Positions 48,651 through 62,858 are shown, counted from the first letter of the whole stretch. The stretch: 62,900 nucleotides of DNA, filler included, from Octopus bimaculoides (GCF_001194135.2; 6 parts of 6 records of this genome joined end to end with filler, not necessarily neighbours in it); one strand, 5' to 3'. Numbers and translations: made by a program. The notes: a model not told the origin generated them from the letters alone.

Positions 48651-49488
48651 CTCATCCAGGTGGTAGTGTGCTGTGTTTCCGAAGACTTCTCAAGCCAAGT
48701 GAAATCATAGTCTTGGCTGATGCTAGTGTCACATAATTGGCACCCATGCCAGTGCCACATAAAAAGCCCCCCGTTACACTCTTGGAGTGGTTGGCATTAG
48801 GAAGGGCATCCAGCTGTAGAAACCATTTCCAAATCAGACTACAACTTGGTACAGCTCTTCGCCTTTCCAATTCCAGTCAAACCCATGCCAGAATGGAAAA
48901 CAAGCTGTAAATGATGATGATGATGATGATGATGAGGATGATGTATGTTGGTAGTTAATCATGGACACTGAATGTAGCAGATTTTATGTGTATGTATATA
49001 ATGAGGATTTGTTTATGTATTTCATGTGTACGTACCTATATGTGATACGTCTTGATGTGTTGTTGTTTTTTGTGGTTGACAGTCAGCCCCCTAACCTGTT
49101 GCAGTCCCCACTCTAAATGTCACACGCGCACATCATCCAACATTAAGGGCCCACATGGTGAAGTCGTTATCGCACTGCTTTGAGGGGACCTGTTCCCTAA
49201 TAAAGCTTGGGTGTTGCTCCCGAGAACCCTATCAATTAACAAGAAACTTCTCCACCACCACATACACAAAGACAGTCGTGGTAATCCCTCCTTCTCACTT
49301 CTGCCCCCTACTGTGTCAGTGAGTCAGAAGATTTCAAGGATCAGATGAAAATCGCCCTGGAAAGCATCAGTGTATATGTCAAGAGGGCCAGGAGCCAAGT
49401 AATCATGATGATGATGAGGAGGAGGAGGAGGAGGAGGTTATTCATAGCGATGATGATAATGATGTTGACGATGATGGTGGTAGTTTAA

Positions 49489-49709
49489 CCCTTTCGTTAC
49501 CAACCCGGCTGAAACCGGCTCTGGCTCTGAGTACAAATGTCTTGTTTTCATAAGTTTTGAATTAAAATCTTCCACCAAACCTTAGTCACAATTTATGTTC
49601 CTAACACTAGCTTAATGATAACGAAGTTATTTTACTAAATTCTTTGTTATATTTAAAATTAATTGAAAGAAACACAGAGCATCTCAACAGAACTATGGTA
49701 ACAAAAGGG
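49489..49709. mobile_element. piggyBac-type MITE with TTAA TSD
   Basis: TTAA|ccctttcgttacc ... ggtaacaaaaggg|TTAA. Confidence 0.9.
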
Positions 49710-49861
49710 TTAAGAAGAAAAATAATCAGCAAAAGAAATGAGGGAAGGAGACCTCAATGTGGTCACTCTATATGCAAGAAATAACAGCTTAAATTTCCTT
49801 CAATCCACACCCTTCCAACTGCTTCTAATGCCCATCTGCCCAAATGTAGAAATGTATTTAA

Positions 49862-50081
49862 CCCTTTCGTTACCAACCCGGCTGAAACCGGCTCTGGCTC
49901 TGAGTACAAATGTCTTGTTTTTATAAGTTCTGAATTAAAATCTTCCACCAAACCTTAGTCATAATTTATGTTCCTAACATTAGCTTAATGATAACGAAGT
50001 TATTTTCCTAAATTCTTTGTTATATTTAAAGTAATTGAAAGAAACACAGAGCATCTCAACAGAAATACAGTAACGAAAGGG
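49862..50081. mobile_element. piggyBac-type MITE with TTAA TSD (near-identical second copy)
   Basis: TTAA|ccctttcgttacc ... agtaacgaaaggg|TTAA; same orientation as 49489-49709. Confidence 0.9.
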
Positions 50082-50393
50082 TTAAAAACAGGACCCCTGA
50101 AAATTTTTGCTGATGTTGTTGTTGTTATAGATGTTCCTGTGTAGCCCCCAGGTAAGTTCCCCTCATCCAGCAAACCTACGACTATAGACGTCCTGTAATT
50201 ATACTATCATTTACTCAGGTGCATAATTACTTCATTCAGACTCCATTATCTAATCTGTCCTTCTTTTTTTAAATGGTAGGATGTAAAACATGTAAATTTT
50301 GGCTGCTGTTTCTACGAAGTTGGTTGTGAAGCTATGGTGGAAGGTATAAGCACAGACACAAATAACAATTATATATGTGCATATATGTATATA

Positions 50394-50447
<54 letters not shown>

Positions 50448-50919
50448 NNNNNNNNNNNNNNNNNNNNNNNNNNNNNNNNNNNNNNNNNNNNTTAATTAAT
50501 TAANNNNNNNNNNNNNNNNNNNNNNNNNNNNNNNNNNNNNNNNNNNNTATATATATATATATATATATATATATGTTTATATATATATATATATATATAA
50601 GTTCAAAAAAAAGAAAAAGACAAAAAAAAACAACAATGTGAGGACGTGATACAGATTTTGGACCCATGCCAGGCTCATAAGGGTCGGTTTCCCAGTTTCA
50701 ATGGCGTATATATTCTCACCTGGACAGAACGCCGATCCGACGCAGGATTACTCATTTTTGCCAGCTGAGTGGACAGGAGCAACGTGAAATGAAGTGTTTT
50801 TCTCAAGAACACAACGTGTCGCCCGGTCCAGGAATCGAAGCCACAATTTTACCAGCATGAGTCGAACACTCTAATCACTGGTCCACACGCCTTCACTATA
50901 TATATATATTTGTATGTAT

Positions 50920-51310
50920 GTATTCTTTTACTTGTTTCAGTCATTTGTCTGTGGCCATGTTGGAGCACCGCCTCTAGTAGAACAAATCGATGCCAGGACT
51001 TATTCTTTGTAAACCTAGTGCTTATTCTATGGATCTTTTTGCCGAACGGCTATGTTACAGGGGCGTAAACACACCAACATCGTTGTCAAGCGACCGTAGG
51101 ACAAAGAAAGACACACAAATATATACATTATATATATATTTATATATATACGACAGGCTTCTTTCAGTTTCCATCTACCGAAGGCACTCACAAGGCTTTG
51201 GTCGGCCTGAGGCTATAGTAGAAGACACTTGCCCAAGGTATCACGCAGTGGAACTGAACCTGGAACTATGTGGTTGGGAAGCAAGCTTCTCACCACACAG
51301 CCACGCCTAG
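50920..51310 (-). mobile_element. SINE family A copy
   Basis: Family A tail, (TA)n and head ending ccacacagccacgcct. Confidence 0.85.
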
Positions 51311-51442
51311 ACCTGTGTGTACATATGTACACACACATACACATATATACATACATATATACATGTATGCAAGTATATATATATGCATATGCATACATAT
51401 ATGTATATATGAATATCTTTATCTATATGTGTGTGTTCATTG

Positions 51443-51481
<39 letters not shown>

Positions 51482-52316
51482 AGGTATGTATATATGTACA
51501 TCTATATATTTGTACGTATATCTCTTATTTTTTATTTGATTCAGTCATTAGACAACGGCTATGCCGGGTGAGGGCACATCCTTTGAAGAATTTTTAGTCG
51601 AGTGAATGATCCCAGGACTTTTTTCCACCTGATAATTAGTCTATCAGTCTCTTTTGTGGAACCGCTACGTTACGAAGACATTAATAAACCAGTACTGGTG
51701 TGAGACAAACATAAAGACACAAAACACACACACAGACACACACACACACACACACGCACACACACGCACACACACACGCGCGCATTTATTTATATATATA
51801 TATATACATATACATACATACGTGGCTGTGTGGTAAGAAGCTTGCTTCGCAACCACATTGTTCAGGGTTCACTTTATGGCACATTGGGCAAGTGTCTTTT
51901 GTTATAGCCTCAGGCCGACCAAAGCTTTGTTAGTAGATTTAGTAGAAGCAATCTGAAAGAAACTCCTCGCGCGCGTGTGTGTGCGTGTGTTTGTCCCACA
52001 CCTCCACATGACAAGCAGTGCTAGTTTACGTTCTGTAATATAGCGGTTCGGCAAAAGTGGCCGATACATTAAGTATCCAACTTTAAAAATAAATCAATAT
52101 ATAGTGCGGTCGATTCATTCGATTTAAGATTGTTCAAGGCGATACCCCAGCATGGCCGCAGTCTATTGCCTAAAACAAATAAAGGATGCGATGGGTTTCT
52201 TTCAGTTTCTATCTACCAAATCCACTCACAACGAGTCTATCGTAGAAAACATTTGCCCGAGGTGCTACGCAATAGAACTGAAGTCAGAACGGTGTGGTTG
52301 GAAAGCAAGCTTCTCA

Positions 52317-52347
<31 letters not shown>

Positions 52348-52370
52348 TTATCTCACTCTCTATCTCTCTC

Positions 52371-52413
<43 letters not shown>

Positions 52414-52524
52414 ATAGGTATATGTATATGTATGTATATATTTATATATATATATATATATACATGCATATGTGTATGTGAGTGGGTATATATATATTTA
52501 TATATATGTATATATATATATATA

Positions 52525-52557
<33 letters not shown>

Positions 52558-53055
52558 GCTTATATAGATATATCTATATCTATCTACATATATATNNNNN
52601 NNNNNNNNNNNNNNNNNNNNNNNNNNNNNNNNNNNNNNNNNNNNNNNNNNNNNNNNNNNNNNNNNNNNNNNNNNNNNNNNNNNNNNNNNNNNNNNNNNNN
52701 NNNNNNNNNNNNNNNNNNNNNNNNNNNNNNNNNNNNNNNNNNNNNNNNNNNNNNNNNNNNNNNNNNNNNNNNNNNNNNNNNNNNNNNNNNNNNNNNNNNN
52801 NNNNNNNNNNNNNNNNNNNNNNNNNNNNNNNNNNNNNNNNNNNNNNNNNNNNNNNNNNNNNNNNNNNNNNNNNNNNNNNNNNNNNNNNNNNNNNNNNNNN
52901 NNNNNNNNNNNNNNNNNNNNNNNNNNNNNNNNNNNNNNNNNNNNNNNNNNNNNNNNNNNNNNNNNNNNNNNNNNNNNNNNNNNNNNNNNNNNNNNNNNNN
53001 NNNNNNNNNNNNNNNNNNNNNNNNNNNNNNNNNNNNNNNNNNNNNNNNNNNNNNN

Positions 53056-53092
<37 letters not shown>

Positions 53093-54172
53093 CATAAGTA
53101 TATACATAATTATACGGATATGTGTGAATATAGATTACATATACAAACATAACTAAAATAATATAACGAAGAATACGTTCAAATTTTTCCATAATCATAT
53201 TTTCAAATAGGTTAATAAAAACTATCAGTTTGGCAAAATACAGAATGTTTTGCCTGAGAACGACAATGCAAATCATATCACCTAAGTTTTAATATTTTCA
53301 TTCCCTATCTTTTAACCATATACCTGTTCACTGCTGCTTGTCTAAAATATATTTTACCTGTGTTTTAGGTAAGGCGCAACTTACCAAAATATATTTTCAT
53401 TAAAAAGCAAGACTTTGAACAGTTTTTATTATAGTTTATAAATATTTTTTCCATACTTTTTTAAAAGAACTGTAATATGTATATGTGGTGGCGGTGAAGA
53501 GGAGACGTGTATATAAAATAAATACCATTTGAACACTGGGGTTGATGTGGTCGACGTGTCACTCCCCACAAAATTATACTATATAGTAGAAAGAGTTTTC
53601 TTTTCCTGCTCTTAACGTTCTGAGTTCAAATCCACTTTTTTCAGCCTTTGTTTTTCATTCTTTCGGAATCGATAAGATAAGTAGCAGCTGAGCACTGAGG
53701 TCGATGTAATCGACTTACTCCCTCCTCTAAAGTGGTTTGCCTGGTGCCAGAATTTGAAACCATCACTATTATTATTATTATTATTATTACTTGGCAGAAG
53801 TTACCAAATGACACAAGTGCCTTTTATTCTACATGTGTGTGAGCGTGTGTGTGTGATGTGTGCGTTTGTGTGTAGTAGTAGAAGTAGTAGTAGTAGTAGT
53901 AGTAGTTTTATTAAAAGCTAAGAAAGTATTGAAAAAGTATTAAAAAATTTGTGTAGCTGTGCTTTTAACACACACACATACATACACAATTCATAATACA
54001 TACATACATACATACATACATACATACATACATACATACATACATACATGCACTCATCACACACACATATATATATATACATACATACGCACAAATACAT
54101 ATATGCACGCATACATACATACATACATACATACATACATACATACATACATACATACACGCTCTCACACAC

Positions 54173-54243
<71 letters not shown>

Positions 54244-56380
54244 TACAATGCATACATACAAACATACGTATATGCAAATCATATATGCATATATGAGATC
54301 ATCCAAGAGTGCACAAAACTTGAGCTACTGTGATTTTACGCCAAGTGTGTAAATCTGTTTACGCTACTGTTTAGAGCGGTGCAGCCAGCGCTAAGCTGGC
54401 GACCAAGCTTTACTGTACTTGTATGGTGTACGGTTCTAATTCCAGAATATATTTTGTTTTCTGATTTTCCATCTTCGAACATAACTGAAAATACGCCTAA
54501 TAAAAAGATTACATTGATATGAAAGTAGATGGGGTGTACATCTGTGTGTGTGTGTGTGTATGAATGTGTGTTTGTGCGTGTGTGTGTGCGTGCGCACGCG
54601 TGCGCGTGTGTGAATGTAACATTATGTGTGCTTTTCGTGTTGCATTTATTTACGCATGTACAAGTATGCTCATTTGCTTTTTAACGTATCAGCTTGCGTG
54701 TAAATATATGTGCGCATAAAGTCAATGCATTTGTGTGCAGACCATAAGAAGGTATAATTGCACGAAAACAAGATACATTCTTCAAAAGATTTTTCTAATC
54801 TTCAAAATGAAATGTTTATATATAAAAATGTTGCATTGTTTATTGCTTTGGTGGTGAAGAAATTCATGGGAACGGTCGATGAGCTAGAGGGAAAATATGT
54901 GCCGCCAAAATATTGATATATAGACTAAAATACCATACAAGATAATTTTGCATAGCAGATGATATTAACCTAACATAACTCCTGAATAGAAAACTAAACA
55001 TATTTTTGCAGAATGTAAACAAAGCGATGTATTTCTATAGTTACTATATATTCAGTTGTCAAATTGTATAGCGATGAAGAATGAGAAGCGATCTCTTAAA
55101 AGTGTTAGGATAAGAAAAGAAAAAAATCTTATCATAACAAAAAGTAACATACCTCTTTGAAAAGCGTTTAACAGTCCGCAGTGATAGACCAGCAGCTATC
55201 CATAAGTGCATTGCTTTGTTAGAAAGAAAAATAACATGAAAACTGTTGGATAGATTGGAGTCTTTAGCATTTAGTTGTGACTGAGAATCATTTCGTGTCA
55301 GTGATCAGTGGCAGAGTAAAGATAATTAACAGGACCTTGTCACCAGAGCGCAATGACTTAGATATTAGAATCACATGGATAACATCACTTGTTTTAACTG
55401 GTACAAGAAGATATATAAACGCGAATGAATACCAACCAACTCTGTGCTTGGTATGTGAGGGGAAACACTCATTGATCTGATTAGCCACATGCGTTAGCAT
55501 CCATTGGCAACAGGCAGCAGCAGCCTGACTGAGTAGTCCGAACGAGTAGGACTCGTTGGGTGGTGGGTGATTTGTCATGAATTACCAAACAAGTAGTCGA
55601 TTGGTTTTGTTGTGGTTTTTGTCGTCATTGTCATGTTTAACATTCGTGTCAGTATTAATTGCAGTTATCGTTTTAATTGCAGTTATCCCTGTCGCTACAG
55701 CAATCAATAGCAAACGGGATACGGAATTGGGACTGAGTTCAAGGTTCGTTGTCTGTTATAGTAAAATTTCATTGTCGAAACCAAGATTCCTGTCTGTTCT
55801 TTACTAGAGACATAAAGCTAAGTTACATATAAATACACTTAAGGGCAAGAATGGGTTTTGACTCAACTGTCAACTTTCATTTCTCATGTACATAAACAAG
55901 AATGCTATTGCAGCTGCTACTGCAACACCTATTAGAGATGCTATTACTTCTTTCACTGGTGCACTTCCAAAACATCAATATACTACTACTTCTACTAAAT
56001 TATCGCTAAAAATATAAATAAAATACTACTAAAATAATTATAAAATACTTTATTAGACAAATTCGACATGAAAAGAAAACATTACAACATATTTTCTCAT
56101 GTGCGCATCCACACATACATACACCCACATATACACACATTTATATATTAGATATAAGACACATGTACATATGCTTAAATAAACACACATACACATACGC
56201 TCACACACATCTACACCCACACATACACAGATACATATCTATATTTATATATGCACAAACATATGTATGTGTATATATATANNNNNNNNNNNNNNNNNNN
56301 NNNNNNNNNNNNNNNNNNNNNNNNNTTAATTAATTAANNNNNNNNNNNNNNNNNNNNNNNNNNNNNNNNNNNNNNNNNNN

Positions 56381-59300
56381 NTAGGAACTAACAAACGAAC
56401 GTACGTACGTATTTACGAATGCATGAAAGAACGAACGAACGTACGTACGTAGGTACAAACGAGCGAACGCATACACGTACGTATGTACGAACGAATGAAC
56501 GAACGAACGACCGAAATTACTTTCATACGTACGAACGAAAGAACTAAATTACCTATGTACGTACGTATGAACGAACGATCGTACGTACGTACGTACATAG
56601 GAACGACCGAGCGAACGAACGTACGTACATAGATAATTGCGTACGAAAGGACGATCGAACGAACGAATGTACGTACGTACGTAAATACGTAGCTAAGTAC
56701 GTATGTACGAATGAACAAACGAACGTGGATAGGTACATACGTACGAACGAACGAACTAACCAAAGAATGAACCAATGAAAGAACTAATGAACGAACGGAC
56801 GAACATAGGTACCAAAAAACGCTCCTATGTACAAACGAACGAACGAACAACGAACGAACGATTGAAAGAGCGAAACAACGAAAAACGAACGTACGTTTGT
56901 ACGTACGTTCATACGTACGAATGAACGAACGAACGAACGTACGAACGAAACAACGAACGACCGAACGATCGAAGGAACGAACGAAAGAACTAAATTACCT
57001 ATGTACGTACGTATGAACGAACGATCGTACGTACATACGGACATAGGAACGACCGTGCGAACGAACGTACGTACATAGATATTTGCGTACGAACGGACGA
57101 TCGAACGGACGATCGAACGAACGAAAGTACGTACGTACGTACGTACGTAAATACGTAGCTAAGTACGTATGTACGANNNNNNNNNNNNNNNNNNNNNNNN
57201 NNNNNNNNNNNNNNNNNNNNNNNNNNNNNNNNNNNNNNNNNNNNNNNNNNNNNNNNNNNNNNNNNNNNNNNNNNNNGTACGTATGAACGTACGTACAAAC
57301 GTACGTTCGTTTTTCGTTGTTTCGTTTTTCAATCGTTCGTTCGCTTGTTCGTACGTACGCACATACGTATATACGTTCGTTCGTTCGTTCGGTCGGTCGT
57401 ACGTACGTTCGTCGTTCCTTCGTTAGTTTTTTTTGTTCGTTCGTTCGTCCCATCGTACGTACGTACGTTCTTTCGTTCAATCGTTCATTCGTTCGTACGT
57501 AGGTACCTTCATTCGTTCGTTCTTTCTTTCGTTCTTACGAACATACGTTCGTACGTTCGTTCGATCGTTCGTTCGTAGTTCGTTCGTTCCAACGTACTTA
57601 CGTACGTACAAACGTACGTTCGTTCGTTCGTAAGTTCGTTCGTAAGTACGTACGTAAGTTCGTCGTTTCGTTCGTTCGTTCTTTCGTTCGTACGTACGAA
57701 AGTAATTTCGATCGTTCGTTCATTCGTTCGTACATACGTACGTATATGCGTTCGCTCGTTTGTACCTACGTACGTACGTTCGTTCGTTCTTTCATGCATT
57801 CGTAAAAACGTACGTACTTTCGTTTGTTAGTTCCTTCGTTCGTTCATACGTACGAACGTACCTTCCTGCGTTCGTTCGTTCGTTCGTCCGTTCATTCGTT
57901 CGTTCGTTCATTCGTACATACGTACGTATGCACGTACGTACGTTCGTTCGTTCGTTCGTAAGTACGTACGTAAGTCCGTTTGTTCTTTGGTTCGTTCGTT
58001 CTTTTGTTCGTTCGTGGCTTCTTTCATTCGTGGCTTCTTTCATTCGTAGGTACATACGAACTTAGCTACGTATTTACGTACGTACTTAGGTTTCCTCGTT
58101 CGTTCGTTCTTTCATTCGTACATACGTTCATACTTACTTTCGTTCTTCTTTCATTCGTTCTCTCTTTTGTTTGTTCGATCTTTCGTTCATTGGTTCGTTC
58201 GTACGTACGTACGTTAGTCGTTCGTTCGTTCTTACGTACGTTCGTTTGTTCGTTCTTTCATTCATACGTACTTACTAACGTACATCCGTACATACGTTTG
58301 TTCTCTCGTCCTCTCGTGCCTACGAACGTACGTTCGTTCGTTCGTTTGTTCGATCGATCGTTCATATTTATTTACGTACGTTCGTTCATCGTTCGTTTGT
58401 TCTTTAGTTCTTTCATTGGTTCATTCTTTGGTTAGTTCGTTCGTTCGTACGTATGTACGTATCTACGTTCGTTTGTTCATTCGAACATACGTACTTTGGT
58501 ACGTATTTACGTACGTACGTACGTACATTCGTTCGTTCGATCGTCCGTTCGTACGCACTTATCTACGTACGTACGTTCGTTCGCTCGGTCGTTCGTATGT
58601 ACGTACGTACGTTCGTTAGTCGTTCGTTCGTTCTTACGTACGTTCGTTCGTTCGTTCTTTCGTGNNNNNNNNNNNNNNNNNNNNNNNNNNNNNNNNNNNN
58701 NNNNNNNNNNNNNNNNNNNNNNNNNNNNNNNNNNNNNNNNNNNNNNNNNNNNNNNNNNNNNNNNNNNNNNNNNNNNNNNNNNNNNNNNNNNNNNNNNNNN
58801 NNNNNNNNNNNNNNNNNNNNNNNNNNNNNNNNNNNNNNNNNNNNNNNNNNNNNNNNNNNNNNNNNNNNNNNNNNNNNNNNNNNNNNNNNNNNNNNNNNNN
58901 NNNNNNNNNNNNNNNNNNNNNNNNNNNNNNNNNNNNNNNNNNNNNNNNNNNNNNNNNNNNNNNNNNNNNNNNNNNNNNNNNNNNNNNNNNNNNNNNNNNN
59001 NNNNNNNNNNNNNNNNNNNNNNNNNNNNNNNNNNNNNNNNNNNNNNNNNNNNNNNNNNNNNNNNNNNNNNNNNNNNNNNNNNNNNNNNNNNNNNNNNNNN
59101 NNNNNNNNNNNNNNNNNNNNNNNNNNNNNNNNNNNNNNNNNNNNNNNNNNNNNNNNNNNNNNNNNNNNNNNNNNNNNNNNNNNNNNNNNNNNNNNNNNNN
59201 NNNNNNNNNNNNNNNNNNNNNNNNNNNNNNNNNNNNNNNNNNNNNNNNNNNNNNNNNNNNNNNNNNNNNNNNNNNNNNNNNNNNNNNNNNNNNNNNNNNN

Positions 59301-60198
59301 NNNNNNNNNNNNNNNNNNNNNNNNNNNNNNNNNNNNNNNNNNNNNNNNNNNNNNNNNNNNNNNNNNNNNNNNNNNNNNNNNNNNNNNNNNNNNNNNNNNN
59401 NNNNNNNNNNNNNNNNNNNACGTACGTTCGTTCGTTCGTTTGTTCGATCGATCGTTCATATTTATTTACGTACGTTCGTTCGTTGTTCGTTCGTTCGTTT
59501 TTTCATTCGAGCGTTTTTTCGTACCTACGTTCGTCCGTTCGTTCATTAGTTCTTTCATTGGTTCATTAGTTCTTTCATTGGTTCATTCTTTAGTTAGTTC
59601 GTTCGTTCGTACGTATGTACGTATCTACGTTCGTTCTATCGTCCGGTCGTACGCACTTATCTACGTACGTGCGTGCGTTCGCTCGGTCGTTCGTGTGTAC
59701 GTACGTACGTACGTATGTTCGTTAGTCGTTGGTTCGTTCTTACGTACGTTCGTTCGTTCGTTCTTTCGTGCGTACGTACTTACTAACGTACATCCGTACG
59801 TACGTTTGTTCTCTCGTCCTTTCGTGCCTACGTACGTACGTTCGTTCGTTATTTCGTACGTTCGTTTGTTCGATCGATCGTTCATATTTATTTAGGTACG
59901 TTCCTTCGTGTTTTCGTACCTAAGTTCGTCCGTTCGTTCATTAGTTCTTTCATTGGTTCATTCTTTGGTTAGTTCGTTCGTTCGTACGTATGTACGTATC
60001 TACGTTCGTTTGTTCATTCGTACATACGTACTTAGCTACGTATTTACGTACGTACGTACATTCGTTCGTTCGATCGTCCGTTCGTACGCAATTATCTACG
60101 TACGTACGTTCGTTCGCTCGGTCGTTCCTATGTACGTACGTACGATCGTTCGTTCATACGTACGTACATTAGTTCTTTCGTTCGTTCCTTCGATCGTT
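56381..60198. repeat. CpG-rich complex satellite of ACGT/GTAC/CGTT/AACG tetramers with a ~430-450-bp higher-order unit
   Basis: gaactaaattacc at 56541 and 56987 (446 bp); catatttattta at 59457 and 59883 (426 bp); orientation flips across the gap at 57177-57276. Confidence 0.9.
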
Positions 60199-61000
60199 NN
60201 NNNNNNNNNNNNNNNNNNNNNNNNNNNNNNNNNNNNNNNNNNTTAATTAATTAANNNNNNNNNNNNNNNNNNNNNNNNNNNNNNNNNNNNNNNNNNNNGT
60301 GGTTGGTAAGCAAGCTACTTACCACACAGCCACTCCTACGCCTAACATGAAACAAAATTATTAAAAAAATTGTGATATGTGTCAGTATGTATGCGTAATG
60401 CTCACCATTTTTATTTACACATCAAATTTTGATATAATCAATCATTATTTACATACTCTCAAAGGTATTTGTACAAAATTTCATTTAAAATATCCATTTT
60501 TCTGAAAGTTATGAGGAAACAAAGCCAAATTGTGAGATTTTTCTGAAACTCTTGCAAAAAATTTTTCACAACAAATTCCAATATAAACAGAATCTACATC
60601 ATCTGAAGTAGTATATCTGCAGAAAATTTCATTAAAAAAATATCAATGTTTTTGAATGAAACAAAGTCAGGGTGGGAGACACAGTTGTGTAGATATGTCT
60701 AATGTGAATGAGATGGGTTCAATTTATCATTACACATAAATGCAGATAGGATAACAGTATTTACGATAATGTGTTTAGTAATGAATACNNNNNNNNNNNN
60801 NNNNNNNNNNNNNNNNNATATTAAAATTTATTAGCAGTATTTAGGTAGTAATTTTTCATTGCTTTATAAATACATGATGTTTTAACATAATTGCATTTCA
60901 TCTTACAAGCTCTATGTTACATTTCCCACTATTGATGTTCAAGACATTGCATATCCGTTAGGGTTCTTCCCACATGCATACCATATGTATACTTATGCAA

Positions 61001-61902
61001 ATGAAGAGGTACCCAAAACAAACCAGAATTTTGCAATATTATTTTGTTCACTTAGTTTTACATTCTTACACATTTATTGTCTTCAAAGTATTCTCCATTT
61101 GAAACATTGCATTGGTCCAGATGCATTTTCCACTGTTTGAAGCAGTACTGGAACTCTTGCAAAGTGTTCTTTCAGTTCATGATATGCATTCAGTCATGAA
61201 TGCTTTTGATCTTCCTTGAGCAAGTGATGCACAAATTTTGCTGAAACTCCATTCATTTGCAATTCCTTGCTCAAAATTCATTGGCAGGAGCTCCAGGACA
61301 CACCAGTCNNNNNNNNNNTTGCTCAAAATTCATTGGCAGGAGCTCCAGGACACACCAGTCATATCAACGAATTCGTCAATTGTTTGGTGATGGTCCTCCA
61401 AGATCAGTTCATGAATTTTCGTTATGTTTTCATTTGTTTGGGAGGTTGATGGATGTCCTGAATGAGGTGGATCTTCAAGTGACAAATGATCGTTCCTAAA
61501 GCGTGAAAACCACTTATAAACTTGTGTTTTGCTAATGGCAACATCCTTGTAAGCTGTTACAAGTATGAAAACTGCTTCAGCTGCTGTTTTCCCCCAACAG
61601 AAAACAGGATTTCATGGAAGCATGCTGTTCCTTCATTTCAGCCATCGCAAAAATTGACNNNNNNNNNNTTTCATGGAAGCATGCTGTTCCTTCATTTCAG
61701 CCATCGCAAAAATTGACAGACAGAGGAGAAGCACTGCAAAGCAAAGACACACCACATGGCAGTAGGACTACACTCACCGCAGCTGGTCGACATACTGATG
61801 CCTGAGGGTCACATCAAGTCACTTCTAGCGGCAGAAGACTGAACTACAACAAGTTTGTCCCACAGAGGTTGTTTCCAGTTACTTTTGGGTCCCCACTCAT
61901 AT
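61001..61902 (-). mobile_element. Internally deleted mariner element with both TIRs
   Basis: TIRs atgaagaggtacccaaaacaaaccagaa / ttccagttacttttgggtccccactcata. Minus-strand MAEMKEQHASMK, EDPPHSGHPSTS..ENITKIHELILED, VSAKFVHHLLKEDQK joined almost directly to FKQWKMHLDQC..GEYFEDNK; the catalytic DD34D core is missing. Confidence 0.85.
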
Positions 61903-61987
61903 CCATTATAGGAATATATGATACCATGATATCACATCAATGTAAAACATGCTATGTTTAAAGACAGTAGGTACGTACTAGTATGTA

Positions 61988-62026
<39 letters not shown>

Positions 62027-62051
62027 NNNNNNNNNNATATATATATATATA

Positions 62052-62368
62052 GGTGCAGAAGTGGCTGTGTGGTAAGTAGCATGTTTACCAACTACATAGT
62101 TCCGGGTTCAATCCCACTACGTGGCACTTTGGGCAAGTGTCGTCTACTATAGCCTCAGGCCGATCAAAGCCTTGTGAGTAGATCTGGTAGATGGAAACTG
62201 AAAGAAGTCCATCGTATATGTGTGTGTGTTTGTGTTTGCATATGTTTGTGTGTCTGTGTTTCTCCCCCACCATCGTTTGACAACCAATGTTGNNNNNNNN
62301 NNNNNNNNNNNNNNNNNNNNNNNNNNNNNNNNNNNNNNNNNNNNNNNNNNNNNNNNNNNNNNNNNNNN

Positions 62369-62410
<42 letters not shown>

Positions 62411-62850
62411 ATGTCCTGTACCCATATTTACTGTCTTGTTCTCACTGTCCTGTTCTTGTTAACACTTTCACCCTNNNNNNNNNNNNNNNNNNNNNNNNNN
62501 NNNNNNNNNNNNNNNNNNNNNNNNNNNNNNNNNNNNNNNNNNNNNNNNNNNNNNNNNNNNNNNNNNNNNNNNNNNNNNNNNNNNNNNNNNNNNNNNNNNN
62601 NNNNNNNNNNNNNNNNNNNNNNNNNNNNNNNNNNNNNNNNNNNNNNNNNNNNNNNNNNNNNNNNNNNNNNNNNNNNNNNNNNNNNNNNNNNNNNNNNNNN
62701 NNNNNNNNNNNNNNNNNNNNNNNNNNNNNNNNNNNNNGTTTGTGTGTCTGTGTTTCTCCCCCACCATCGTTTGACAACCAATGTTGATGTGTTCATGTCC
62801 CTGTAACTTAGAGGTTCAGCAAAAGAGACCGATAGAATACAAAGAATAAG
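62052..62850 (+). mobile_element. SINE family A copy spanning gaps
   Basis: Head aggtgcagaagtggctgtgtggtaag at ~62052; tail segments at ~62740-62860. Confidence 0.75.
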
Positions 62851-62858
62851 TCCTGGAG

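Noticed and set aside
61269-61718. Short exact duplications flanking two 10-N gaps in the mariner remnant
   Set aside because: Same contig-overlap artefact.
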